Source of the DNA: Eledone cirrhosa
Taxonomy: Eukaryota
Reading direction: 5' to 3'
Length of the DNA: 64,000 nt
NCBI GenBank assembly: GCA_964016885.1
Contig: OZ024740.1
Coordinates: 5,208,001-5,272,000, forward strand
This document shows positions 26,583 to 42,026 of the stretch, piece by piece. The position numbers were made by a program, and so were the translations under genes. A model generated the notes under the pieces. It worked only from the letters and a program-made list of their open reading frames with translations, ran no database searches and was not told the origin of the DNA. The first letter of the stretch is position 1. Every line of letters starts with the position of its first letter.

Positions 26583-28406
26583 CTCTCTCTCTCTCTCTCT
26601 CTCCCAGTGCTGTGTGTTGATCTCTCTCTCTCACCCACTGCTGTGTCTGTTTGATCTCTCTCTTTCTCTCAGCCCGACTGCTGTGTGTTGATCTCTCTCT
26701 CTCACCCACTGCTGTGTCTGTTGATCTCTCTCTCTCTCTCATCCACTGCTGTGTCTGTTGACTCTCTCTCTCATCCACTGCTGTGTCTGTTGATCTCTCT
26801 CTCTCACCCACTGCTGTGTGTTGATCTCTCTCTCACTGCTGTGTCTGTTGATCTCTCTCTCTCTCACCCACTGCTGTGTCTGTTGATCTCTCTCTCTCAC
26901 CCACTGCTGTCTGTTGTTATCTATCTTTCTCACCCACTGCTGTGTCTGTTGATCACTCTCTCTCTCTCTCACCCACTGCTGTGTGTGTTGATCTCTCTCT
27001 CTCACCCACTGCTGTGTGTTGATCTCTCTCTCTCACCCACTGCTGTATCTGTTGATCTCTCTCACACCCACTGCTGTGTGTTGATCTCTCTCTCTCTCTC
27101 TCTCTCTCTCACCCACTGCTGTGACCGTTGATCACTCTCTCTCTCTCATCCACTACTGTGTGTGTTGATCTCTCTCTCTCACCCACTGCTGTGTCTGTTG
27201 CTCTCTCTCTCATCCACTGCTGTGTGTGTTGATCTCTCTCTCTCACCCACTGCTGTGTGTTGATCTCTCTCTCTCACCCACTGCTGTGTATGTTGATCTC
27301 TCTCTCTCACGCACTGCTGTGTGTTGATCTCTTTCTCTCACCCACTGCTGTGTCTGTTGATCTCTCTCTCGTACCCACTTGCTGTGTGTTGATCTCTCTC
27401 TCTCACCCACTGCTGTGTGTGTTGATCTCTCTCTCTCACCCACTGCTGTGTGTTGATCTCTCTCTCTCACCCACTGCTGTGTCTGTTGATCTCTCTCTTC
27501 ACCCACTGCTGTGTGTTGATCTCTCTCTCTCTCTCTCAACCACTGCTGTGTCTGTTGATCTCTCTCTCACTCTCATCCACTACTGTGTGTGTTGATCTCT
27601 CTCTCTCACCAACTGCTGTGTCTGTTGCTCTCTCTCTCATCCACTGCTGTGTGTTGTTGAGCTCTCTCTCTCACCCACTGCTGTGTGTTGATCTCTCTCT
27701 CTCACCCCACTGCTGTGTATGTTGATCTCTCTCTCTCACGCACTGCTGTGTGTTGATCTCTTTCTCTCACGCATTGCTGTGTCTGTTGATCTCTCTCTCG
27801 TACCCACTGCTGTGTGTTGATCTCTCTCTCTCACCCACTGCTGTGTGTGTTGATCTCTCCTCACCCACTGCTGTGTCTGTTGATCTCTCTCTCTCTCTCC
27901 TGCTGTGTGTGTTGATCTCTCTCTCTCTCACCCACTGCTGTGTGTTGATCTCTCTCTCTCATCCACTACTGTGTCTGTTGATCTCTCTCTCTCTCTCACC
28001 TACTGCTGTGTCTGTTGATCTCTCTCCCCCCCTCTCTCTCTCATCCACTGTTGTGTGTGTTGATCTCTATCTCTCACCCACTGCTGTGTGTTGATCTCTA
28101 TCTCTCACCCACCTGCTGTGTCTCTTGATCTCTCTCTCTCACCCACTGCTGTGTGTTGATCTCTCTCTCTCATCCACTGATGTGTCTGTTGATCTCTCTC
28201 TTTCTCTCACCCGACTGCTGTGTGTTGATCTCTCTCTCTCACCCACTGCTGTGTCTGTTTGATCTCTCTCTCTCTCTCTCTCTCACTGCTGTGTGTGTTG
28301 ATCTCTCTCTCTCTCACCCACTACTGTGAGTTGATCTCTCTCACCCACTGCTGTGTCTGTTGATTTCTCTCTCTCTCTCATCCACTGCTGTGTCTGTTGA
28401 TCTCTC

Positions 28407-28462
<56 letters not shown>

Positions 28463-29217
28463 GCTCTCTCTCTCTGTCTCTCTCACCCACTGCTGTGTGT
28501 GTTGATCTCTCTCTCTCACCCACTGCTGTGTGTTGATCTCTCTGTCTCACCCACTGCTGTGTCTGTTCATCTCTCTCTCACCCACTGCTGTGTGTTGATC
28601 TCTCTCTCTCACCCACTGCTGTGTTTGTTGATCTCTCTCTCTCACCCACTGCTGTGTCTGTTGATCTCTCTCTCTCACCCACTGATGTATGTTGATCTCT
28701 CTCTCTCACCCACTGCTGTGTGTGTTGATCTCTCTCTCTCACCCACTGCTGTGTCTGTTGATCTCTCTCTCTCTCACCCTTTGCTGTGTGTGTTGATCTC
28801 TCTCTCTCACCCACTGCTGTGTCTGTTGATCTCTCTCTCTCACCCACTACTATGTGTTGATCTCTCTCCCTCTAACACTGCTGTGTCTGTTGATCTCTCT
28901 CTCTCACCCTCTGCTGTGTCTCTTGATCTCTCTCTCTCACCCACTGCTGTGTGTTGATCTCTCTCTCTCACCCACTGCTGTTTGTTGATCTCTCTTTCTC
29001 ACCCACTGCTGTGTTTGTTGATCTCTCTCTCTCACCCACTGCTGTGTCTGTTGATCTCTCTCTCTCTCACCCACTGCTGTATGTTGATCTCTCTCTCTCA
29101 CCCCACTGCTGTGTGTTGATCTCTCTCTCTCACCCACTACTGTGTTTGTTGATCTCCCTCTCTCACCCACTGCTGTGTCTGTTGATCTCTCTCTCTCAAC
29201 CCACTGCTGTATGTTGA

Positions 29218-29255
<38 letters not shown>

Positions 29256-29589
29256 TCTCTCTCTCTCACTCTCCTCTCTCTCTTTCTCTCACCCACTGCT
29301 GTGTGTGTTGATCTCTCTCTCACCCCACTTCTGTGTCTGTTGATCTCTCTCTCTCTCACCCACTGCTGTGTCCTGTTGATCCTCTCTCTCTCACCCACTG
29401 CTGTCTGTTGTTATCCTATCTTTCTCACCCACTGCTGTGTCTGTTGATCACTCTCTCTCTCTCTCTCTCTCTCTCACCCACTGCTGTGTGTGTTGGATCT
29501 CTCTCTCTCACCCACTGCTGTGTGTTGATCTCTCTCTCTCACCCCACTGCTATGTCTGTTGATCTCTCTCACACCCACTGCTGTGTGTT

Positions 29590-29643
<54 letters not shown>

Positions 29644-30066
29644 ACTGCTGTGTCTGTTGATCTCTCTCTCTCTCTCTCATCCACTACTGTGTGTGTTGAT
29701 CTCTCTCTCTCACCCACTGCTGTGTCTGTTGCTCTCTCTCTCACCCACTGCTGTGTGTGTTGATCTCTCTCTATCACCCACTGCTGTGTCTCTTGATCTC
29801 TCTCTCTCACCCACTGCTGTGTGTTCGATCTATCTCTCTCACCCACTGCTGTGTGTATTGATCTCTCCCTCTCACCCACTGCTGTGTGTGTTGATCTCTC
29901 TCTCTCTCTCTCTCACCCACTGCTGTGTCTGTTGATCTCTCTCTCTCACCCACTGCTGTGACTGTTGTTCTCTATCTTTCTCTACCTACTGCTGTGTGTG
30001 TTGATCTCTCTCTCTCACCCACTGCTGTGTGTTGATCTCTCTCTCTCACCCACTGCTTTGTCTGTT

Positions 30067-30118
<52 letters not shown>

Positions 30119-30360
30119 ACACACTGCTGTGTGTTGATCTCTCTCTCTCACCCACTGCTGTGTCTGTTGATCTCTCTCTCTTACCCACTGCTGTGTGTTG
30201 ATCTCTCTCTCTCACACACTGCTGTGTGTGTTGATCTCTCTCTCTCACCCACTGCTGTGTCTGTTGAGCTCTCTCTCTCACCCACTGCTGTGTGTGTTGA
30301 TCTCTCTCACCCACTGCTGTGTGTTGATCTCTCTCTCTCTCACCCATTGCTGTATCTGTT

Positions 30361-30422
<62 letters not shown>

Positions 30423-30564
30423 ACTGCTGTGTGTTGATCTCTCTCTCTCACCCACTGCTTGTGTCTGTTGATCTCTCTCTCTTACCCACTGCTGTGTGTT
30501 GATCTCTGTCACCCACTGCTGTGTGTGTTGATCTCTCTCTCTCTCACCCACTGCTGTGTCTGTT

Positions 30565-30631
<67 letters not shown>

Positions 30632-30744
30632 TACTGCTGTGTGTTGATCTCTCTCTCCCACCCACTGCTGTGTGTGTTGATCTCTCTCTCACACCCACTG
30701 CTGTGTGTTGATCTCTCTCTCTCACCCACTGCTGTGTCTGTTGA

Positions 30745-30812
<68 letters not shown>

Positions 30813-31728
30813 TCTCACGCACTGCTGTGTGTTGATCTCTCTCTCTCACTGCTGTGTGTTGATCTCTCTCTCTCACGCACTGCTGTGTGTTGATCTCTCT
30901 CTCTCACGCACTGCTGTGTCTGTTGATCTCTCTCTCTCACCCCACTGCTGTGTGTTGATCTCTCTCTCTCACTGCTGTGTGTGTTGATCTCTCTCTCTCA
31001 TCCACTGCTGTGTCTGTTGATCTCTCTCTCTCTCTCACCAACTGATGTGTCTGTTGATCTCTCTCTCTCTCACTGCTGTGTGTGTTGATCTCTCTCTCTC
31101 AATCCACTGCTGTGTAGGTTGTTCTCTCTCTCTCTCACCCACTGCAGTGTGTGTTGATTTCTCTCTCACCCACTGCTGTGTGTTGATCTCTCTCTCTCTC
31201 TCACTGCTGTGTGTGTTGATCTCTCTCTCTCATCCAATGCTGTGTCTGTTGATCTCTCTCTCTCTCTCTCTCACTTCTGAGTGTGTTGAACTCTACTCTC
31301 TCATCCACTGCTGTGTCTGTTGTTCTCTCTCTCTCTCACCCACTGCTGTGTCTGTTGATCTCTCTCTCTCACCCACTGCTGTGTGTGTTGATCTCTCTCT
31401 GTCACCCACTGCTGTGTCTGTTGATCTCTCTCTCTCACCCACTGCTGTGTCTGTTGATCTCTCTCTCTCTCACACCACTGCTGTGTGTGTTGATCTCTCT
31501 CTCTCACCCACTGCTGTGTCTGTTGATCTCTCTCTCTCACCCACTGCTGTGTGTTGATATATCTCTCTCACCCACTACTCTGTGTGTTGATCTCTCTCTC
31601 TCACCCACTGCTGTGTGTGTTGATCTCTCTCTCTCTCTCACCCACTGCTGTGCCTGTTGATCTCTCTCTCTCACCCACTGCTGTGAATGTTGTTCTCTAT
31701 CTTTCTCATCTACTGCTGTGTCTGTTGA

Positions 31729-31764
<36 letters not shown>

Positions 31765-32064
31765 ACTGCTGTGTGTGTTTATTTCTCTCTCTCACCCACT
31801 GCTGTGTGTTGATCTCTCTCTCTCACCCACTGCTGTGTCTGTTGATCTCTCACTCTCTCTCACTCTCTCTCTCTCTCACCCCACTGCTGTGTGTGTTGAT
31901 CCTCTCTCTCACCCACTGCTGTGTGTTGAGCTCTCTCTCTCATCCACTGCTGTGTCTGTTGATCTCTCTCTCTCACCCACTGCTGTGTGTGTTGATCTCT
32001 CTCTCTCACCCACTGCTGTGTGTTGATCTCTCTCTCTCACCCACTGCTGTATCTGTTGATCTCT

Positions 32065-32107
<43 letters not shown>

Positions 32108-33342
32108 ACACACTGCTGGTCTGTTGATCTCTCTCTCTCACCCACTGCTGTGTCTGTTGATCTCTCTCTCTTACCCACTGCTGTGTGTTGATCTCTCTCT
32201 CTCACACACTGCTGTGTGTGTTGATCTCTCTCTCTCACCCACTGCTGTGTCTGTTGATCTCTCTCTCTCACCCACTGCTGTGTGTTGATCTCTCTCTCTC
32301 ACCCACTGCTGTGTCTGTTGATCTCTCTCTCTCACCCACTGCTGTGTCTGTTGATCTCTGTCTCTCTCTCTCTCTCTCTCCCTCTCTCACCCACTGCTGT
32401 GTGTTGATCTCTCTCTCTCACTGCTGTGTGTTGATCTCTCTCTCTCACCCACTGCTGTGTGTTGATCTCTCTCTCTCACCCACTGCTGTGTGTGTTGATC
32501 TCTCTCTCTCACGCACTGCTGTGTCTGTTGATCTCTCTCTCTCACCCACTGCTGTGTCTGTTGATCTCTCTCTCTCACCCACTGCTGTGTGTTGATCTCT
32601 CTCTCTCTCTCACTGCTGTGTGTGTTGATCTCTCTCTCTCTCATCCACTGCTGTGTCTGTTGATCTCTCTCTCTCTCTCACCAACTGCTGTGTCTGTTGA
32701 TCTCTCTCTCTCTCTCACTGCTGTGTGTGTTGATCTCTCTCTCTCATCTACTGCTGTGTAGGTTGTTCTCTGTCTCTCTCTCTCACTGCTGTGTGTGTTT
32801 GATCTATCTCTCTCATCCAATGCTGTGTCTGTTGATCTCTCTCTCTCTCTCTCTCACACACTGCTGTGTCTGTTGATCTCTCTCTCTCTCTCACTTCTGT
32901 GTGTGTTGAACTCTCTCTCTCATCCACTGCTGTGTCTGTTGTTCTCTCTCTCTCTCACCACTGCTGTGTGTGTTGATCTTTCTCTCTCACCCACTGCTGT
33001 GTCTGTTGATCTCTCTCTCTCACCCACTGCTGTGTGTGTTGATCTCTCTCTCTCACCCACTGCTGTGTCTGTTGATCTCTCTCTCTCTCACCAACTGCTG
33101 TGTGTGTTGATCTCTCTCTCTCACCCACTGCTGTGTCTGTTGATCTCTCTCTCTCACCCACTGCTGTGTGTTGATATATCTCTCTCACCCACTGCTGTGT
33201 GTGTTGATCTCTCTCTCTCACCCACTGCTGTGTGTGTTGATCTCTCTCACTCGCTCACCCACTGCTGTGCCTGTTGATCTCTCTCTCTCACCCACTGCTG
33301 TGACTGTGTTCTCTATCTTTCTCACCTACTGCTGTGTCTGTT

Positions 33343-33411
<69 letters not shown>

Positions 33412-33492
33412 CACGCTGTGTGTGTGTTGATCTCTCTCTCTCACTCACTGCTGGTTGTTGATCTCTCTGTCTCACCCACTGCTGTGTCTGTT

Positions 33493-33532
<40 letters not shown>

Positions 33533-33897
33533 ACTGCTGTGTGTTGATCTCTCTCTCTCACCCACTGCTGTGTGTGTTGATCTCTCTCTCTCACCCACTG
33601 CTGTGTCTGTTGATCTCTCTATCTCACCCACTGCTGTGTGTTGATCTCTCTCTCTCTCACCCACTGCTGTGTCTGTTGATCTCTCTCTCTCTCACCCACT
33701 GCTGTGTCTGTTGATCTCTCTCTCTCACCCACTGCTGTGTCTGTTGATCTCTCTCTCTCTCTCTCTCTCACCCACTGCTGTGTGTTGATCTCTCTCTCTC
33801 ACCCACTGCTGTGTGTGTTGATCTCTCTCTCTCACCCACTGCTGTGTGTTGATCTCTCCCTCTCACCCATTGCTGTATCTGTTGCTCTCTCTCTCTC

Positions 33898-33956
<59 letters not shown>

Positions 33957-34002
33957 ACTGCTGGTTGTTGATCTCTCTGTCTCACCCACTGCTGTGTCTG
34001 TT

Positions 34003-34040
<38 letters not shown>

Positions 34041-34388
34041 ACTGCTGTGTGTTGATCTCTCTCTCACACCCACTGCTGTGTGTGTTGATCTCTCTCTCTC
34101 ACCCACTGCTGTGTCTGTTGATCTCTCTATCTCACCCACTGCTGTGGTGTTGATCTCTCTCTCTCTCACCCACTGCTGTGTCTGTTGATCTCTCTCTCTC
34201 TCACCCACTGCTGTGTCTGTTGATCTCTCTCTCTCACCCACTGCTGTGTCTGTTGATGTCTCTCTCTCTCTCTCTCACCCACTGCTGTGTGTTGATCTCT
34301 CTCTCTTACCCACTGCTGTGTGTTGATCTCTCTCACCCACTGCTGTGTGTGTTGATCTCTCTCTCTCTCACCCACTGCTGTGTCTGTT

Positions 34389-34443
<55 letters not shown>

Positions 34444-34556
34444 TACTGCTGTGTGTTGATCTCTCTCTCCCACCCACTGCTGTGTGTGTTGATCTCTCTC
34501 TCACACCCACTGCTGTGTGTTGATCTCTCTCTCTCACCCACTGCTGTGTCTGTTGA

Positions 34557-34622
<66 letters not shown>

Positions 34623-37042
34623 TCTCACGCACTGCTGTGTGTTGATCTCTCTCTCTCACTGCTGTGTGTTGATCTCTCTCTCTCACGCACCTGCTGTGTG
34701 TTGATCTTTCTCTCTCACCCTCTGCTGTGTGTGTTGATCTCTCTCTCTCACGCACTGCTGTGTCTGTTGATCTCTCTCTCTCACCCACTGCTGTGTGTTG
34801 ATCTCTCTCTCTCACTGCTGTGTGTGTTGATCTCTCTCTCTCATCCACTGCTGTGTCTGTTGATCTCTCTCTCTCTCTCACCAACTGCTGTGTCTGTTGA
34901 TCTCTCTCTCTCTCTCACTGCTGTGTGTGTTGATCTCTCTCTCTCATCCACTGCTGTGTAGGTTGTTCTCTCTCTCTCTCACCCACTGCAGTGTGTGTTG
35001 ATTTCTCTCTCACCCACTGCTGTGTGTTGATCTCTCTCTCTCTCACTGCTGTGTGTGTTGATCTCTCTCTCTCATCCAATGCTGTGTCTGTTGATCTCTC
35101 TCTCTCTCTTACCAACTGCTGTGTCTGTTGATCTCTCTCTCTCTCTCCACTTCTGAGTGTGTTGAACTCTCTCTCTCATCCACTGCTGTGTCTGTTGTTC
35201 TCTCTCTCTCTCACCCACTGCTGTGTCTGTTGATCTCTCTCTCTCACCCACTGCTGTGTGTGTTGATCTCTCTCTGTCACCCACTGCTGTGTCTGTTGAT
35301 CTCTCTCTCTCACCCACTGCTGTGTCTGTTGATCTCTCTCTCTCTCACCCACTGCTGTGTGTGTTGATCTCTCTCTCTCACCCACTGCTGTGTCTGTTGA
35401 TCTCTCTCTCTCACCCACTGCTGTGTGTTGATATATCTCTCTCACCCACTACTCTGTGTGTTGATCTCTCTCTCTCACCCACTGCTGTGTGTGTTGATCT
35501 CTCTCTCTCTCTCACCCACTGCTGTGCCTGTTGATCTCTCTCTCTCACCCACTGCTGTGAATGTTGTTCTCTATCTTTCTCATCTACTGCTGTGTCTGTT
35601 GATCTCCCCCTCTCTCTCTCTCTCTCTCTCTCTCACCACTGCTGTGTGTGTTTATCTCTCTCTCTCACCCACTGCTGTGTGTTGATCTCTCTCTCTCACC
35701 CACTGCTGTGTCTGTTGATCTCTCACTCTCTCTCACTCTCTCTCTCTCTCACCACTGCTGTGTGTGTTGATCCTCTCTCTCACCCACTGCTGTGTGTTGA
35801 GCTCTCTCTCTTACCCACTGCTGTGTGTTTATCTCTCTATCTCACACACTGCTGTCTGTTGATCTCTCTCTCTCACCCACTGCTGTGTCTGTTGATCTCT
35901 CTCTCTTACCCACTGCTGTGTGTTGATCTCTCTCTCTCACACACTGCTGTGTGTGTTGATCTCTCTCTCTCACCCACTGCTGTGTCTGTGATCTCTCTCT
36001 CTCACCCACTGCTGTGTGTTGATCTCTCTCTCTCACCCACTGCTGTGTCTGTTGATCTCTCTCTCTCACCCACTGCTGTGTCTGTTGATCTCTCTCTCTC
36101 TCTCTCTCTCTCCCTCTCTCACCCACTGCTGTGTGTTGATCTCTCTCTCTCACTGCTGTGTGTTGATCTCTCTCTCTCACCCACTGCTGTGTGTTGATCT
36201 CTCTCTCTCACCCACTGCTGTGTGTGTTGATCTCTCTCTCTCACGCACTGCTGTGTCTGTTGATCTCTCTCTCTCACCCACTGCTGTGTCTGTTGATCTC
36301 TCTCTCTCACCCACTGCTGTGTGTTGATCTCTCTCTCTCTCTCACTGCTGTGTGTGTTGATCTCTCTCTCTCTCATCCACTGCTGTGTCTGTTGATCTCT
36401 CTCTCTCTCTCACCAACTGCTGTGTCTGTTGATCTCTCTCTCTCTCTCACTGCTGTGTGTGTTGATCTCTCTCTCTCATCTACTGCTGTGTAGGTTGTTC
36501 TCTCTCTCTCTCTCTCACTGCTGTGTGTGTTGATCTATCTCTCTCATCCAATGCTGTGTCTGTTGATCTCTCTCTCTCTCTCTCTCACCAACTGCTGTGT
36601 CTGTTGATCTCTCTCTCTCTCTCACTTCTGTGTGTGTTGAACTCTCTCTCTCATCCACTGCTGTGTCTGTTGTTCTCTCTCTCTCTCACCCACTGCTGTG
36701 TGTGTTGATCTTTCTCTCTCACCCACTGCTGTGTCTGTTGATCTCTCTCTCTCACCCACTGCTGTGTGTGTTGATCTCTCTCTCTCACCCACTGCTGTGT
36801 CTGTTGATCTCTCTCTCTCTCACCCACTGCTGTGTGTGTTGATCTCTCTCTCTCACCCACTGCTGTGTCTGTTGATCTCTCTCTCTCACCCACTGCTGTG
36901 TGTTGATATATCTCTCTCACCCACTGCTGTGTGTGTTGATCTCTCTCTCTCGCTCACCCACTGCTGTGCCTGTTGATCTCTCTCTCTCACCCACTGCTGT
37001 GACTGTTGTTCTCTATCTTTCTCACCTACTGCTGTGTCTGTT

Positions 37043-37104
<62 letters not shown>

Positions 37105-37185
37105 ACTGCTGTGTGTGTTGATCTCTCTCTCTCACTCACTGCTGGTTGTTGATCTCTCTGTCTCACCCACTGCTGTGTCTGTTGA

Positions 37186-37217
<32 letters not shown>

Positions 37218-37775
37218 ACTGCTGTGTGTTGATCTCTCTCTCTCACCCACTGCTGTGTGTGTTGATCTCTCTCTCTCACCCACTGCTGTGTCTGTTGATC
37301 TCTCTATCTCACCCACTGCTGTGTGTTGATCTCTCTCTCTCTCACCCACTGCTGTGTCTGTTGATCTCTCTCTCTCTCACCCACTGCTGTGTCTGTTGAT
37401 CTCTCTCTCTCACCCACTGCTGTGTCTGTTGATCTCTCTCTCTCTCTCTCTCTCACCCACTGCTGTGTGTTGATCTCTCTCTCTCACCCACTGCTGTGTG
37501 TGTTGATCTCTCTCTCTCACCCACTGCTGTAAGTGTTGATCTCTCCCTCTCACCCACTGCTGTGTCTGTTGATCTCTCTCTCTCTCTCTCTCTCTCACCC
37601 ACTGCTGTGTGTGTTGATCCTCTCTCTCACCCACTGCTGTGTGTTGAGCTCTCTCTCTCATCCACTGCTGTGTCTGTTGATCTCTCTCTCTCACCCACTG
37701 CTGTGTGTGTTGATCTCTCTCTCTCACCCACTGCTGTGTGTTGATCTCTCTCTCTCACCCACTGCTGTGTCTGTT

Positions 37776-37821
<46 letters not shown>

Positions 37822-38830
37822 TGCTGTGTGTTGATCTCTCTCTCTCACCCACTGCTGTGTCTGTTGATCTCTCTCTCTTACCCACTGCTGTGTGTTGATC
37901 TCTCTCTCTCACACACTGCTGTGTGTGTTGATCTCTCTCTCTCACCCACTGCTGTGTCTGTTGATCTCTCTCTCTCACCCACCCACTGCTGTGTGTTGAT
38001 CTCTCTCTCTCACCCACTGCTGTGTCTGTTGATCTCTCTCTCTCACCCACTGCTGCGTGTGTTGATCTCTCTCTCTCACCCACTGCTGTGTCTGTTGATC
38101 TCTCTCTCTCACCCACTGGTGTGTGTTGATCTCTCTCTCTCACCCACTGCTGTGTCTGTTGATCTCTCTCTCTCACCCACTGCTGTGTATGTTGATCTCT
38201 CTCTCTCACCCACTGCTGTGTGTGTTGATCTCTCTCTCTCACCCACTGCTGTGTGTGTTGATCTCTCTCTCTCACCCACTGCTGTGTCTGTTGATCTCTC
38301 TCTCTCTCTCTCTCTATCTCTCACCCACTGCTGTGTGTGTTGATCTCTCTCTCTCACCCACTGCTGTGTGTTGATCTCTCTCTCTCACCCACTGCTGTGT
38401 GTGTTGATCTCTCTCTCTCACGCACTGCTGTGTCTGTTGATCTCTCTCTCTCACCCACTGCTGTGTGTTGATCTCTCTCTCTCTCTCTCACTGCTGTGTG
38501 TGTTGATCTCTCTCTCTCATCCACTGCTGTGTCTGTTGATCTCTCTCTCTCACCAACTGCTGTGTCTGTTGATCTCTCTCTCTCTCTCTCTCACTGCTGT
38601 GTGTGTTGATCTCTCTCTCTGATCCACTGCTGTGTAGGTTGTTCTCTCTCTCTCCTCACCCACTGCTGTGTGTGTTGATCTCTCTCTCACCCACTGCTGT
38701 GACTGTTGTTCTCTATCTTTCTCACCTACTGCTGTGTGTGACTGCTGTGTGTGTTGATCTCTATCTCTCACCACACTGCTGTGTGTTAATCTCTCTCTCT
38801 CACCCACTGCTTTGTCTGTTGATCTCTCTC

Positions 38831-38871
<41 letters not shown>

Positions 38872-39321
38872 ACTGCTGTGTGTTGATCTCTCTCTCTCAC
38901 CCACTGCTCTGTGTGTTGATCTCTCTCTCTCATCCACTGCTGTGTAGGTTGTTCTCTCTCTCTCTCACCCACTGCTGTGTGTGTTGATCTCTCTCTCACC
39001 CACTGCTGTGTCTGTTGATCTCACTCTCTCTCACCCACTGCTGTGTGTGTTGATCTCTCTCTCTCACCCACTGCTGTGTCTGTTGATCTCTCTCTCTCAC
39101 CCACTGCTGTGTGTTCATCTATCTCTCTCACCCACTGCTGTGTGTATTGATCTCTCCCTCTCACCCACTGCTGTGTGTGTTGATCTCTCTCTCTCTCTCT
39201 CTCACCCACTGCTGTGACTGTTGTTCTCTATCTTTCTCACCTACTGCTGTGTGTGTTGATCTCTCTCTCTCACCCACTGCTGTGTGTTGATCTCTCTCTC
39301 TCACCCACTGCTTTGTCTGTT

Positions 39322-39361
<40 letters not shown>

Positions 39362-41033
39362 ACTGCTGCGTGTTGATCTCTCTCTCCCACCCACTGCTGT
39401 GTGTGTTGATCTCTCTCTCTCACCCACTGCTGTGGTGTGTTGATCTCTCTCTCTCATCCACTGCTGTGTCTGTTGATCTCTCTCTCCTCTCTCACCTACT
39501 GCTGTGTCTGTTGATCTCCCCTCCCCCCCTCTCTCTCTCATCCACTGTTGTGTGTGTTGATCTCTATCTCTCACCCACTGCTGTGTGTTGATCTCTATCT
39601 CTCACCCACTGCTGTGTCTGTTGATCTCTCTCTCTCACCCACTGCTGTGTGTTGATCTCTCTCTCTCACCCACTGATGTGTCTGTTGATCTCTCTCTTTC
39701 TCTCACCCACTGCTGTGTGTTGATCTCTCTCTCTCACCCACTGCTGTGTCTGTTGATCTCTCTCTCTCTCTCACTCTCTCTCCCTCTCTCACCCACTGCT
39801 GTGTGTTGATCTCTCTCTCTCACTGCTGTCTGTTGATCTCTCTCTCTCTCTCACCAACTGCTGTGTCTGTTGATCTCTCTCTCTCTCTCACTTCTGTGTG
39901 TGTTGAACTCTCTCTCTCATCCACTGCTGTGTCTGTTGTTCTCTCTCTCTCTCACCCACTGCTGTGTGTGTTGATCTCTCTCTCTCACCCACTGCTGTGT
40001 CTGTTGATCTCTCTCTCTCTCACCCACTGCTGTGTGTGTTGATCTCTCTCTCTCACCCACTGCTGTGTCTGTTGATCTCTCTCTCTCACCCACTGCTGTG
40101 TGTTGATATATATCTCTCACCCACTGCTGTGTGTGTTGATCTCTCTCTCTCTCACCCACTGCTGTGTGTGTTGATCTCTCTCTCTCTCTCACCCACTGCT
40201 AGTGTGTGTTGATCTCTCTCTCTCTCTCTCTCTCACTGCTGTGTGTGTTGATCTCTCTCTCTCACCCACTGCTGTGTGTTGATCTCTCTCTCTCACCCAC
40301 TGCTGTGTGTGTTGATCTCTCTCTCTCACGCACTGCTGTGTCTGTTGATCTCTCTCTCTCACCCACTGCTGTGTGTTGATCTCTCTCTCACTGCTGTGTG
40401 TGTTGATCTCTCTCTCTCATCCACTGCTGTGTCTGTTGATCTCTCTCTCTCACCAACTGCTGTGTCTGTTGATCTCTCTCTCTCTCTCTCTCACTGCTGT
40501 GTGTGTTGATCTCTCTCTCTCATCCACTGCTGTGTAGGTTGTTCTCTCTCTCTCTCACCCACTGCTGTGTGTGTTGATCTCTCTCTCACCCACTGCTATG
40601 ACTGTTGTTCTCTATCTTTCTCACCTACTGCTGTGTGTGTTGATCTCTCTCTCTCACCCACTGCTGTGTGTTGATCTCTCTCTCTCACCCACTGCTCTGT
40701 GTGTTGATCTCTCTCTCTCATCCACTGCTGTGTAGGTTGTTCTCTCTCTCTCTCACCCACTGCTGTGTGTGTTGATCTCTCTCTCACCCACTGCTGTGTC
40801 TGTTGATCTCACTCTCTCTCACCCACTGCTGTGTGTGTTGATCTCCTCTCTCTCACCACTGCTGTGTCTGTTGATCTCTCTCTCTCACCCACTGCTGTGT
40901 GTTCATCTATCTCTCTCACCCACTGCTGTGTGTATTGATCTCTCCCTCTCACCCACTGCTGTGTGTGTTGATCTCTCTCTCTCACCCACTGCTGTGTGTT
41001 GATCTCTGTCTCTCACCTACTGCTTTGTCTGTT

Positions 41034-41093
<60 letters not shown>

Positions 41094-41491
41094 ACTGCTG
41101 TGTGTTGATCTCTCTCTCTCACCCACTGCTGTGTGTGTTGATCTCTCTCTCTCACCCACTGCTGTGTGTTGATCTCTCTCTCTCTCACCCACTGCTGTGT
41201 CTGTTGATCTCTTTCTCTCTCACCCACTGCTGTGTGTGTTGATCTCTCTCTCTCACCCACTGCTGTGTGTTGATCTCTCACTCTCACCCACTGCTGTGTG
41301 TTGATCTCTCACTCTCACCCACTGCTGTGTCTGTCTCTCTCTCACCCACTGCTGTGTGTGTTGATCCTCTCTCTCACCCACTGCTGTGTGTTGATTTCTC
41401 TCTCTCTCACCCACTGCTGTGTCTGTTGATCTCTCTCTCTCACCCACTGCTGTGTGTGTTGACCTCTCTCTCTCACCCACTGCTGTGTGTT

Positions 41492-41530
<39 letters not shown>

Positions 41531-41771
41531 CACACACTGCTGTGTGTTGATCTCTCTCTCTCACCCACTGCTGTGTCTGTTGATCTCTCTCTCTTACCCA
41601 CTGCTGTGTGTTGATCTCTCTCTCTCACACACTGCTGTGTGTGTTGATCTCTCTCTCTCACCCACTGCTGTGTCTGTTGAGCTCTCTCTCTCACCCACTG
41701 CTGTGTGTGTTGATCTCTCTCACCCACTGCTGTGTGTTGATCTCCCTCTCTCACCCATTGCTGTATCTGTT

Positions 41772-41823
<52 letters not shown>

Positions 41824-41960
41824 ACTTCTGTGTGTTGATCTCTCCCTCTCACCCACTGCTGTGTCTGTTGATCTCTCTCTCTTACCCACTGCTGTGTGTT
41901 GATCTCTCTCACCCACTGCTGTGTGTGTTGATCTCTCTCTCACCCACTGCTGTGTCTGTT

Positions 41961-42026
<66 letters not shown>
